Assembly: GCA_016178135.1 (NCBI GenBank)
Contig: JACOTW010000007.1
Coordinates: 431-64,430 of the forward strand
Direction of reading: 5' to 3'
DNA: 64,000 nt
Source: Candidatus Saccharimonadota bacterium
GTDB lineage: Bacteria; Patescibacteriota; Saccharimonadia; Saccharimonadales; JACOTW01
Shown here: piece after piece, positions 18,273 through 25,707 of the stretch
Layout: each line of letters opens with the position of its first letter
Position numbering within the stretch: the first letter of the stretch is position 1
Position numbers and translations under genes: made by a program
Notes under the pieces: generated by a model
Database searches by the model: none
Told to the model about the DNA's origin: nothing
The model's input: only the letters and a program-made list of their open reading frames with translations

Positions 18273-19793
18273 TTATTCGACGGTAATTGGCTGTAGATTC
18301 TTGAGCCCTGTTTTCACAAGCCTAACAATAATCCGGCCAACACGAATAGCTATCGGATCAATTATGTTGGCTGGTATGACTGTCTTGGTGCGTGAAAACA
18401 AAAACTCCTGTTGATTGTCTTCGTTAGCAAGTTCTGTCAAGTACTCAATTGCTTGCACCAAAAAATCAATGTCGTGCCGGACTATTAATTCATCTAAAGC
18501 ATCCTGGGGACTTCTACGTCCCAGCAACTCAAACAATCTTATAATTTTTTCTTCGATTTCTGGGGCTAATGGTGATGCTTCAGTAATACGCAGGTTATCT
18601 ACTGTAAAGAGTTGGTCGATTTCCTGTATCAGATTAGTAATTTCTTGCATTTCAGGAGTTTTGGAAGTTTCCTGGATTAATGTGATTAGTTCGGCTAGTG
18701 ATTTTTCGATTGGTTGCCGACTGGCTGTTTCACGGATTTCTTCCAGATTGCCGATAGTATCAATGACTTCCAAGGAGCCTAAGTATTCTTCAAATAGGCC
18801 CACATTTGGGGTTTCTATTTGTGTATCAAAATCTTGTTCTGTATCTGCAACCGTATCCGTCACGAATGTAATTAATGGTTCTATAGTCATTACTGGCTCG
18901 ATATCGTCAGTTATACTGGACTTACGCAAAGCTCCCCCATCCCCAGACCAACTAATCTCGGCTGATAGTGGCCTGTCTTCTTTCGATGTGGCTACCTCTC
19001 CTTCAGCCAAACCACTCCCAACTCGAGCTGATTTAGCCTGGGAACGGGCGATTTTGCGTAAGTCCAGTTTATTTGGCATTAGTTTGACCTCTTCCTTGAT
19101 AATTGCTGTTTTTGGGTCTATACGGCTAGGCGTGTCAGTGTCAGGAATAAGCTCTGGGCTATCCTCCGTAATGGAGTCTTTATTAATAATATTTGTTTTG
19201 CCAGGAATAATGACGAACTTTGTTGCAATTATGGGTGATTTGGATATTTGCGTTTTGAGGGTAGGGGCTGGACTATTGGTTTCTTCGATGATTACCCGAA
19301 TATCAGAAACTTCATTTTTCAGTACATTTTCATTGTGTATAATTTCATGCCTCAAAGACGCTGGTAAGATAGGGCTGGGTAAGATTTCGATACGTGCAGT
19401 TTGTTTACTTGTTATCTTTGGCTCAAATACTTGGCTGACCTTAGCGGGGATAGTTGTTTCCGTGTTTTTATTCACTGCCCGGGGTGCTTTTTCTATAGTT
19501 GCTTCCGGATGTTTTACCTCGGTTTTTAAATAAGCTTCGACGACAATCTTGAAGGCTACTTCGCCCAGTTTGGCAAGATAGGGACATACCTCGCGCAGTT
19601 GTGATTCCGGTATAGTCATACCATTGTAGGTAATTATGCGCTCGGTCTGAATATCCCCTGTTGTAGTGGCCAAATTTTCCTGGTTGATCGTGGTAGCTGT
19701 TGCCCCCTCGGCGGTCGTATCAGAATGTTCCGCTAACCACCAGATTTCATCGCCAAGTTCTGGCACGGCACTCATTTCTATCGTGTCGGGCAA
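18273..19793 (-). CDS. acidic hypothetical protein (506 aa) carrying an in-frame family-B element
   Basis: Long ORF with 4-nt spacing to the upstream ORF. The antisense 372-aa ORF is a Ser/Ile-rich mirror artefact. Confidence 0.6.
   Translation of the reverse strand: MPDTIEMSAVPELGDEIWWLAEHSDTTAEGATATTINQENLATTTGDIQTERIITYNGMTIPESQLREVCPYLAKLGEVAFKIVVEAYLKTEVKHPEATIEKAPRAVNKNTETTIPAKVSQVFEPKITSKQTARIEILPSPILPASLRHEIIHNENVLKNEVSDIRVIIEETNSPAPTLKTQISKSPIIATKFVIIPGKTNIINKDSITEDSPELIPDTDTPSRIDPKTAIIKEEVKLMPNKLDLRKIARSQAKSARVGSGLAEGEVATSKEDRPLSAEISWSGDGGALRKSSITDDIEPVMTIEPLITFVTDTVADTEQDFDTQIETPNVGLFEEYLGSLEVIDTIGNLEEIRETASRQPIEKSLAELITLIQETSKTPEMQEITNLIQEIDQLFTVDNLRITEASPLAPEIEEKIIRLFELLGRRSPQDALDELIVRHDIDFLVQAIEYLTELANEDNQQEFLFSRTKTVIPANIIDPIAIRVGRIIVRLVKTGLKNLQPITVE
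18914..19069 (+). mobile_element. family-B element, copy B2, inside a coding region
   Basis: Both TIRs are present (ACTGGACTTACGCAAAG... and ...TTTTGCGTAAGTCCAGT) and it is flanked by TTAT/TTAT. It is translated as LDLRKIARSQAKSARVGSGLAEGEVATSKEDRPLSAEISWSGDGGALRKSS. Confidence 0.85.
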
Positions 19794-19796
19794 AAT

Positions 19797-20015
19797 TTAC
19801 TCCTTTGGTGCAAGATCGGTTACGAGTGTTCTGGCTTCTTCCATCGTCAGACTACCCAATATATTTAATAAATGATTGGTGCCCTCTTTGTCTACGCAAA
19901 GTGGCAGAGCATCAGCAAGAGAGGCAATTTCATCAGTTCCTGGTTTGACAACTGGCATGTCGCCAACCTTGTCTAAGATTGCTTGTACGTGCGGCGTATA
20001 TTCCGGCGAGCTCAT
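19797..20015 (-). CDS. hypothetical protein (72 aa)
   Basis: ORF only. It is probably co-transcribed with the 506-aa ORF. Confidence 0.4.
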   Translation of the reverse strand: MSSPEYTPHVQAILDKVGDMPVVKPGTDEIASLADALPLCVDKEGTNHLLNILGSLTMEEARTLVTDLAPKE

Positions 20016-20181
20016 ATTAACAGTATGGCAAAGTTTATCCCAATCGACAACTCGTTCGACTTAGCTCATCTAAAATCTTTCCCAAATAGTATTCGTTAGC
20101 TCATGAATAATGTTTCCGAGATAGAAACAATAAAGTATCGGTTAGTTGATATATGACACTAAAAGACTCCTATGACTCCTA

Positions 20182-20470
20182 TAGAAGACTGTCTTCTAAC
20201 TGATTTGGAACCCTAATCACCAAAATTCTTCCCTGTTAAGGGTGAGACCCTTTTAATTCCTTATGTTAGGAGTCGAGAAAATGGATGGGGTGGTCAAGTC
20301 AGGTATTAAATATGAACTTGCCGATCACTAGTACGCAATAATCCCCTCTCTGTTAGAGGACTGTCCTCTAGATCCCCCCATAATGTGATAATTTTAAGGC
20401 GAGGCGGTGATTCTTTATCTGTAAATTTATAAACTTGCAAACTTCCCATCTGTTAGGGGACAGTCCCTTA
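20182..20470. repeat. four dispersed 15-17-bp palindromes of one motif family
   Basis: TAGAAGAC-T-GTCTTCTA (20182-20198), AAGGGT-GAG-ACCCTT (20238-20252), TAGAGGAC-T-GTCCTCTA (20354-20370), TAGGGGAC-A-GTCCCTTA (20454-20470). Three are preceded by CTGTTA. Confidence 0.75.
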
Positions 20471-20508
20471 AGCTCCCAAATTGTATATCCGGGCCTTATG
20501 GGCGGGGG

Positions 20509-22338
20509 TCAGGCTCCGCTGCCGAGACTGTTGCGGGCCAGGAATGCGAGCAGGCTTGCCTGCGGTGTCGCGGAGAAGTTGCTTGCGTCGCCGTGCGTGC
20601 CGGTCGATGTCAGCGTGGTGACCTCTGCGGCATACGGTGTGACGGCGGTCACGAACGCGTCGAGGTTGGCAGCCTTGTTCATCGTGACGTCATCTGTGCT
20701 GGCAATACCCCACACGGGCACCCCACGGAACGCGGTCCCGGCCATGAGTGCCGGGTCGTGGCCTGCGGTCTTGGCGGCGTAGTCTCCGCTGATTCCGTAG
20801 GCCGTGTTGATTCCAGCGGTGAACGAGGCGTTGGCGTAACTCGCGGCGAGGTTCGTGGCAGGGTAGATCAGCGCCAGAGACGCGGCGGGAACCTTGCGGG
20901 CCGCGAGGGTCAGCGTGGCAGACAGCCCACCCATGGACTGCCCGAGGTGATGCACCGGGCCGATGGCGAAGTGATCCCGCAGGTACTGGTAGAGGTTGAC
21001 GTAGGCGTTGATCCCGGCGTCATTGCCCCAGTTGTTCGATCCCGCAAGCGTGGATGCCACGATGTACCCGGCATCCACAAGGGACTGGATGAACGCCCGT
21101 TTGACAACCTCGGAGAAGGGGCCGTTGGAGTCCTCACCGACGCCGTGGTGGTAGATGACCACGGGGGACGGGGTGCGCGAGTCATAGGCTTTGGGCACGC
21201 AGACCCGCATAGTGTTCGCGGCTGAGTCCACAGCGGTGACAACCCAATCCGCCGCCCCCTCCACGTTGGTCCGGGGCACGATGGTGTTGATGCTTGTCGT
21301 GGCGGCGATGGGGCCAATGCTGGTTCCGGACAGTTGTCGGGTGTCGTTGAGCCAGTACGACGCGGACACGTAGTTGGCCGCTTCGGGGATCGCAGACCAC
21401 GGGATGCGGTCGGTCCACTCGACGGTATGTGCGGCGTCGATGAGCGACGCGGAGATGCCCAACTCGTCGGACTCGATGGTCACGGTGTAGGTGGTGGAGA
21501 CCGTGATGAGGGCGGAAGCACCGACCGCGTACATGTTGCTGGTCGGGTAGCCGGGGACGAAGGTGCTAGCGTTCCACCGCTTCGGCTGGTTGCCCAGCAG
21601 TCCCCACATGAGCGAGTAGGTGCCGTTTGCGGGGAGCGCCCCGGTGTTGGCCCACAAGCCGAACATGGCCCAATCGGTGCCGCCCGCGACAAAGTTGATC
21701 GTGCCAGTGATGCGAAAGCGGGAGTTCTTGGGGACGACGAATGCCCGACCGCCGCCGCCAGGGTTCTGTATGGTGCCGAGGCCGTAGACCTTGCCCGCGC
21801 TAACTTGGCTTTGGGTGGCGGGGTTCCATGCGGTGAGGTTGGCCCATGTCTCGTTGAACCCGGTCGCGTCGTCACGGTCACGTCGCAGCCGGGTCACGGA
21901 GTTGGAGCGGTCCCCGGCTGCGAGGTCACCCAAACGGCGCAACGCGAACTGGTCGGCAGCCGTCCCATATGTGGAATTAGCGACCGTGGTGTCAATCTTG
22001 GCGGCGAGGGCTGCAGCCTGTAAGGTGCTGACCGGCTTGGCCGAGTCGGCAGTGTTGTCGACGGATCCCAAGCCGAGCGTGGTTGGGGTAATGGCAGCAG
22101 CAGCACCAGCCACGTCAAAGTCACTTGTAGCATGAGTAGAGGCAGTACCAAGTCCAAGGTTAGTCCGGGCAGTAGGAGCGTCAGTAAGATCACTTAGGTT
22201 ACTAGACTTGTCGGTTTTACTAGCTAGAGTACCAGTAGCCTTAAGACTACCGTCTGGGTTGTGCTCAACTGCTAGGAAGTCATTTAGGATTGTACCCCAA
22301 GTACCATTATCTGAACCAGGAGTTGGAAGTCTCGCCAT
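20509..22338 (-). CDS. mosaic tail-fibre-like protein with a C-terminal alpha/beta-hydrolase (esterase/lipase) domain
   Basis: 609 aa. The N-terminus has LPTPGSDNGTWGTILNDFL and TNLGLG repeats. The C-terminus has VVIYHHGVGED, a GQSMGG nucleophile elbow and THGD. About 70% GC from about codon 85 onward. Confidence 0.8.
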   Translation of the reverse strand: MARLPTPGSDNGTWGTILNDFLAVEHNPDGSLKATGTLASKTDKSSNLSDLTDAPTARTNLGLGTASTHATSDFDVAGAAAAITPTTLGLGSVDNTADSAKPVSTLQAAALAAKIDTTVANSTYGTAADQFALRRLGDLAAGDRSNSVTRLRRDRDDATGFNETWANLTAWNPATQSQVSAGKVYGLGTIQNPGGGGRAFVVPKNSRFRITGTINFVAGGTDWAMFGLWANTGALPANGTYSLMWGLLGNQPKRWNASTFVPGYPTSNMYAVGASALITVSTTYTVTIESDELGISASLIDAAHTVEWTDRIPWSAIPEAANYVSASYWLNDTRQLSGTSIGPIAATTSINTIVPRTNVEGAADWVVTAVDSAANTMRVCVPKAYDSRTPSPVVIYHHGVGEDSNGPFSEVVKRAFIQSLVDAGYIVASTLAGSNNWGNDAGINAYVNLYQYLRDHFAIGPVHHLGQSMGGLSATLTLAARKVPAASLALIYPATNLAASYANASFTAGINTAYGISGDYAAKTAGHDPALMAGTAFRGVPVWGIASTDDVTMNKAANLDAFVTAVTPYAAEVTTLTSTGTHGDASNFSATPQASLLAFLARNSLGSGA

Positions 22339-22378
22339 GGAATATATACACCTCTTTTATGCTTATCCTTTATATGTG

Positions 22379-22408
22379 AGTTTACCCCCCCCCGAGGGTT
22401 TTAGTCAA
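22379..22408 (-). promoter_or_regulatory. putative promoter of the mosaic gene with a G9/C9 tract in the spacer
   Basis: On the minus strand: TTGACT (22408-22403), an 18-nt spacer AAAACCCTC+G9 (C9 at 22385-22393 on the plus strand), TAAACT (22384-22379), then GAGGTG 10 nt before the ATG. Confidence 0.45.
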
Positions 22409-22440
22409 GATTCTATGAGGGATTCTATGAGGGATTATGG
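22409..22440. repeat. tandem 12-mer GATTCTATGAGG, 2 full copies plus a partial third
   Basis: Direct tandem copies at 22409-22420 and 22421-22432, then GATTATGGG. They sit immediately upstream of the putative -35. Confidence 0.8.
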
Positions 22441-22591
22441 GAAAAGAATACTAGACAGAGGCCTTAGAGCCACCTGTCAAGGACGTACCTTGACATGTTA
22501 TGGAAAACTGCGTGTTAATTTTACTTAGTTTTCAGGGTGCCAATAGGACGTTCCTCTATAAGAGTTAAATCGTGTTTGTTTGGATTTGGGG

Positions 22592-23050
22592 TTAGATTTC
22601 TAGGCCGGTTACGTATTGATATGATTCTAGGATGAAGTTTTTTACTACTTCTAGTTCTTTTTTGTCCATGGGAGTATAGAGTAACACCATGCCTGGCAAG
22701 CCAACGTGCTTGGCAACGGGGTGGGGTTCTGCCCAATCGTGTTCTATGGCTTGCAGGGCGATTGGTTCTGGTAGGGGTAAATGTAAGCTGGCATCTGGAT
22801 GAATATGAGCAAATTCGCGCCCGACTAGCATGGTTTCTGGGTGGATGGCGTGGACGGATTCGTCCAGCCACAGAGCACGGGCACCTGGTACGGAGATTTG
22901 GGTGGGCCGTTCCGAGACGTTTGGCAATGAAAAGCAATAATTTGCCAATTTTTGCATGATTCCATCTGGCGGTATAACACCAATTTGGGTATGAGGCATG
23001 CCCTGATGCACTGTCGGTTTGTTGGGTTTTTTGAATAATTTATCGGTCAT
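22592..23050 (-). CDS. conserved hypothetical protein (152 aa)
   Basis: Motif REFAHIHPDASLHLPLP...DWAEPHP resembles a small 'luciferase-like domain' (DUF5519-type) family as I recall it. The assignment is tentative. Confidence 0.5.
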   Translation of the reverse strand: MTDKLFKKPNKPTVHQGMPHTQIGVIPPDGIMQKLANYCFSLPNVSERPTQISVPGARALWLDESVHAIHPETMLVGREFAHIHPDASLHLPLPEPIALQAIEHDWAEPHPVAKHVGLPGMVLLYTPMDKKELEVVKNFILESYQYVTGLEI

Positions 23051-23907
23051 TTGATGCTCAACAGTCCTGTTGTGGGTAGTTTGGTGAGGTCAACTGTGCC
23101 GTGGCTGACAAACGAGCGCATGCCCGCACTGCCGTAATCGTAAAATTTATCATTAAAATAGTCCACGCCTTCATCTGGATCAAGTAGTGCCATGGCTGCC
23201 AACATGGGCCGATAATGATCGTCGGTAGGCACTGCCAATAAACCAGCTTGTCCTGCTTTGTGTGGATTTATGAGGCTATCCAAATGATAATTATCTATGG
23301 CTTGTTTGGTGTGGTTGTCAAACTCCATAGCCCAATCAAAAATACCGTCGTCAAACCGCATTGCACGCAAATTATGCACGATATTGCCACTGCCAATAAA
23401 CAACACTCCTTTTTGACGCAGAGGCTTTAATTGTCCGAATATACTCAGCAGGTCTTTTAACGACTTAGTCATGTCTAAACTTATCTGCAAAACCGGCACA
23501 TCTGGCTCTGGTAAAAGATGTTTGAGCACGCTCCAGGTGCCGTGATCCAACCCCCAACTGCTATCTAGTGCTGATTCGTATTTGATTAACTCCAAACGTA
23601 ATAATTTGGCTAGTTCGGGGTCGCCCTTGGCATCATACGTAACCTTGTAGAGTTCATCAGGAAAACCGTAAAAATCATAAATAATCGGCTGTTTTGGCGC
23701 ATCAGTAATGTGCGTGCCATGCGTCAGCCAATGAGCACTGATCACCACCACGGCTTGTGGCTTGGGCAACTGTTGCCCCACGATTTGCCAATTATCTGTT
23801 ACGGGGTCGGTCTGAATGGCGTGCATTGGGCTACCATGACCCACAAACAGGACTGGCATTTTGGGGCTAGGTTGTAGGTGCTCTGCTAATTTTTTGAGCT
23901 TGTCCAT
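23047..23907 (-). CDS. class III extradiol dioxygenase (YgiD / 4,5-DOPA dioxygenase family)
   Basis: PVLFVGHGSPMHAI, ISAHW and GSGNIVHNL motifs. Confidence 0.8.
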   Translation of the reverse strand: MDKLKKLAEHLQPSPKMPVLFVGHGSPMHAIQTDPVTDNWQIVGQQLPKPQAVVVISAHWLTHGTHITDAPKQPIIYDFYGFPDELYKVTYDAKGDPELAKLLRLELIKYESALDSSWGLDHGTWSVLKHLLPEPDVPVLQISLDMTKSLKDLLSIFGQLKPLRQKGVLFIGSGNIVHNLRAMRFDDGIFDWAMEFDNHTKQAIDNYHLDSLINPHKAGQAGLLAVPTDDHYRPMLAAMALLDPDEGVDYFNDKFYDYGSAGMRSFVSHGTVDLTKLPTTGLLSIK

Positions 23908-23910
23908 GAG

Positions 23911-24219
23911 TTACTTAATCACGCTGGTTTTTTGAGAAAAAGCATTGATGGCGTTGATGATTGGCAGGACTTCTTTGCCGCGGTTGGTTAGGGAATACGT
24001 TACTGATATTTTGCTCTGGGTTTCTTCTGAACGGCGGATTAAACGCATATTTTCCAGGTTTTTGAGTCTATCGGTTAGGGTGGCGGGATTGAGATTGTCG
24101 ACATCTCGTTGTAATTGGCAAAAACGTTGTTCGCCCTCTCGTAGGGCGTCAATAATACGCAGTGTCCAATAATCGCCGATTAATTTTAGATTATCCGAAC
24201 AGTTTCCCGTGTCTTTCAT
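23911..24219 (-). CDS. HxlR-family transcriptional regulator
   Basis: LKLIGDYWTLRIIDALREGEQRFCQLQR...NPATLTDRLKNLE pattern. Confidence 0.85.
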   Translation of the reverse strand: MKDTGNCSDNLKLIGDYWTLRIIDALREGEQRFCQLQRDVDNLNPATLTDRLKNLENMRLIRRSEETQSKISVTYSLTNRGKEVLPIINAINAFSQKTSVIK

Positions 24220-24303
24220 AATTTTCTACTTGCTATAAAAATTAAAGTACTATTAAATGTATAGTACTTGGATAAAATATAACATTGGAGAGGTATAAGT
24301 ACA

Positions 24304-25239
24304 ATGAAAGCAGCCCAAATCAAACAATTCGGTCATGCCGATGCAGTAGAAATAGTAGACATTCAGCCGCCGGTCATTCAACCCGGCATGGTGTTGGTAG
24401 AGGTTAAAGCCGCCAGCTTGAACCCAATCGATACGGCCGTTCGTGAAGGCTACACACAATCATGGGCCCCTGTAGAATTGCCAGTAACCTTGGGTGGTGA
24501 TATTGCCGGAATTGTTTCAGAAATTGGAGATGGCGTTACGGGTTTTCAGGTTGGCGATAAAGTTTACGGTCAAGCCAGTGCATTGGGTGGTGGCAGTGGC
24601 GCATTAGCCGAATACGCGCTAACCAAGCCCGAACAACTTGGACTACTGCCTGAAAATATTGATTTTAATGAAGCAGCATCACTGCCATTAGTTGGCGTTA
24701 GTGCGTTACAGGGCCTGAAAACTCACATCAACCTACAGCCTGACCAAAAAATTCTAATCACTGGTGGAACTGGCGGGATAGGTACAGCGGCGATTCAAAT
24801 CGCCAAGAACTTGGGCGCGCATGTTGTTACGACGGTTGGAACTCAAGCAGTTGATTATGCCAAGCAACTTGGGGCAGATGAAGTGATTGATTATGCCACG
24901 CAAGAAGTTGGGACGGATCAAGAATTTGACGCGGTGTTTGACACGGTGGGTGGTGAAACATTCCAAAAAGCCCTGGCGATGGTAAAAAAGGGTGGCACGG
25001 CAGTTACTATGGCCGGTCAATCCGATGAAGCCAAATCACAAGAACTAGGTATCACCATTATTGGTCAAATGACCCATGTAAATACTGCCGCACTTGATGA
25101 ATTATCTGCCCTAATCACATCAAAGAGCGTAACACCTCATGTTGCCAGCACATTCACGTTAGATCAAGCCAAAGAAGCATTTCAAGCCCGAGAAAATGAA
25201 AGCATCATTGGTAAAGTAGTAGTAAGTATAAAAGATTAA
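24304..25239 (+). CDS. NADPH:quinone oxidoreductase / zinc-type alcohol dehydrogenase-like (MDR family)
   Basis: GroES-like N-terminus and the Rossmann motif ITGGTGGIGTAAIQIAK. Confidence 0.85.
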   Translation: MKAAQIKQFGHADAVEIVDIQPPVIQPGMVLVEVKAASLNPIDTAVREGYTQSWAPVELPVTLGGDIAGIVSEIGDGVTGFQVGDKVYGQASALGGGSGALAEYALTKPEQLGLLPENIDFNEAASLPLVGVSALQGLKTHINLQPDQKILITGGTGGIGTAAIQIAKNLGAHVVTTVGTQAVDYAKQLGADEVIDYATQEVGTDQEFDAVFDTVGGETFQKALAMVKKGGTAVTMAGQSDEAKSQELGITIIGQMTHVNTAALDELSALITSKSVTPHVASTFTLDQAKEAFQARENESIIGKVVVSIKD

Positions 25240-25242
25240 TCT

Positions 25243-25419
25243 ATGAGGGTAGCTATTTTGGGCGCTACCGGACCAACCATGTTAACCAATAAAGCCTACA
25301 AACTCGACACAAATCCCAACATGATGTCCAAAATTTCCAGAGCTAGCGTCGCGGACTTTACGCTAGGTCAATTATCAGATAAACGGTTTATCAAGAAATC
25401 AGTCATAATAACGGAGTAA
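25243..25419 (+). pseudogene. remnant of an NAD(P)-binding (NmrA/BVR-B-like) oxidoreductase
   Basis: 58 aa. The N-terminal MRVAILGATG is fused directly to a C-terminal ...ISRASVADFTLGQLSDKRFIKKSVII. The whole middle of the domain is missing. Confidence 0.5.
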
Positions 25420-25422
25420 ATC

Positions 25423-25674
25423 ATGTCAAAAATTACAATTTATAGTACGGCGACATGTGCCTACTGCAAAATGCTTAAAAGCTATTTGCAAAGCAAGGAT
25501 ATTGCATACCAAGAAATCCATGCCGACCAAGACCAGAAATTTGCCCAAGAATTATATGAAAAAAGCGGTCAGCTGGGCGTACCGTTTACTATCATTGAAA
25601 AAGATGGTGGAGTCGAAGAAAAAGTTCTTGGCTTCGACAGACACAAAATAGACTCAATCCTAGGACTGGCGTAA
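25423..25674 (+). CDS. glutaredoxin-like protein (NrdH/YruB type)
   Basis: ITIYSTATCAYCKMLKSYL (CxxC) and GVPFTII motifs. Confidence 0.85.
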   Translation: MSKITIYSTATCAYCKMLKSYLQSKDIAYQEIHADQDQKFAQELYEKSGQLGVPFTIIEKDGGVEEKVLGFDRHKIDSILGLA

Positions 25675-25707
25675 GCAAACTTTAATTTAAGATGAGGAGG
25701 GGTATTT

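Noticed and set aside
18415-19533. A 372-aa plus-strand ORF antisense to the 506-aa ORF.
   Set aside because: It has Ser/Ile/Cys-rich, low-complexity mirror composition with no RBS. The minus-strand ORF fits the operon context, being 4 nt from the upstream ORF.
20182-20470. Integron attC-like sites (GTTAGAG...CTCTAAC-type palindromes) next to a foreign gene.
   Set aside because: The palindromes are only 15-17 bp, whereas attC sites are 57-141 bp with extrahelical bases. The inverse-core AAC is present in only one copy, and no IntI-type integrase is nearby.
20435-22528. Many overlapping 60-230-aa ORFs on both strands inside the GC-rich segment (for example 20593-21225, 21334-22023, 21480-21881).
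   Set aside because: Stop-codon scarcity in ~70% GC DNA produces such ORFs. Only the 609-aa minus-strand frame has strong GC3 bias, recognisable domains and an RBS.
22521-22937. A 138-aa ORF overlapping the 152-aa ORF (22592-23050) in another frame.
   Set aside because: The translation is Arg/Pro-rich, typical of an off-frame reading of a moderately GC-rich gene. The 152-aa frame has the conserved motif.
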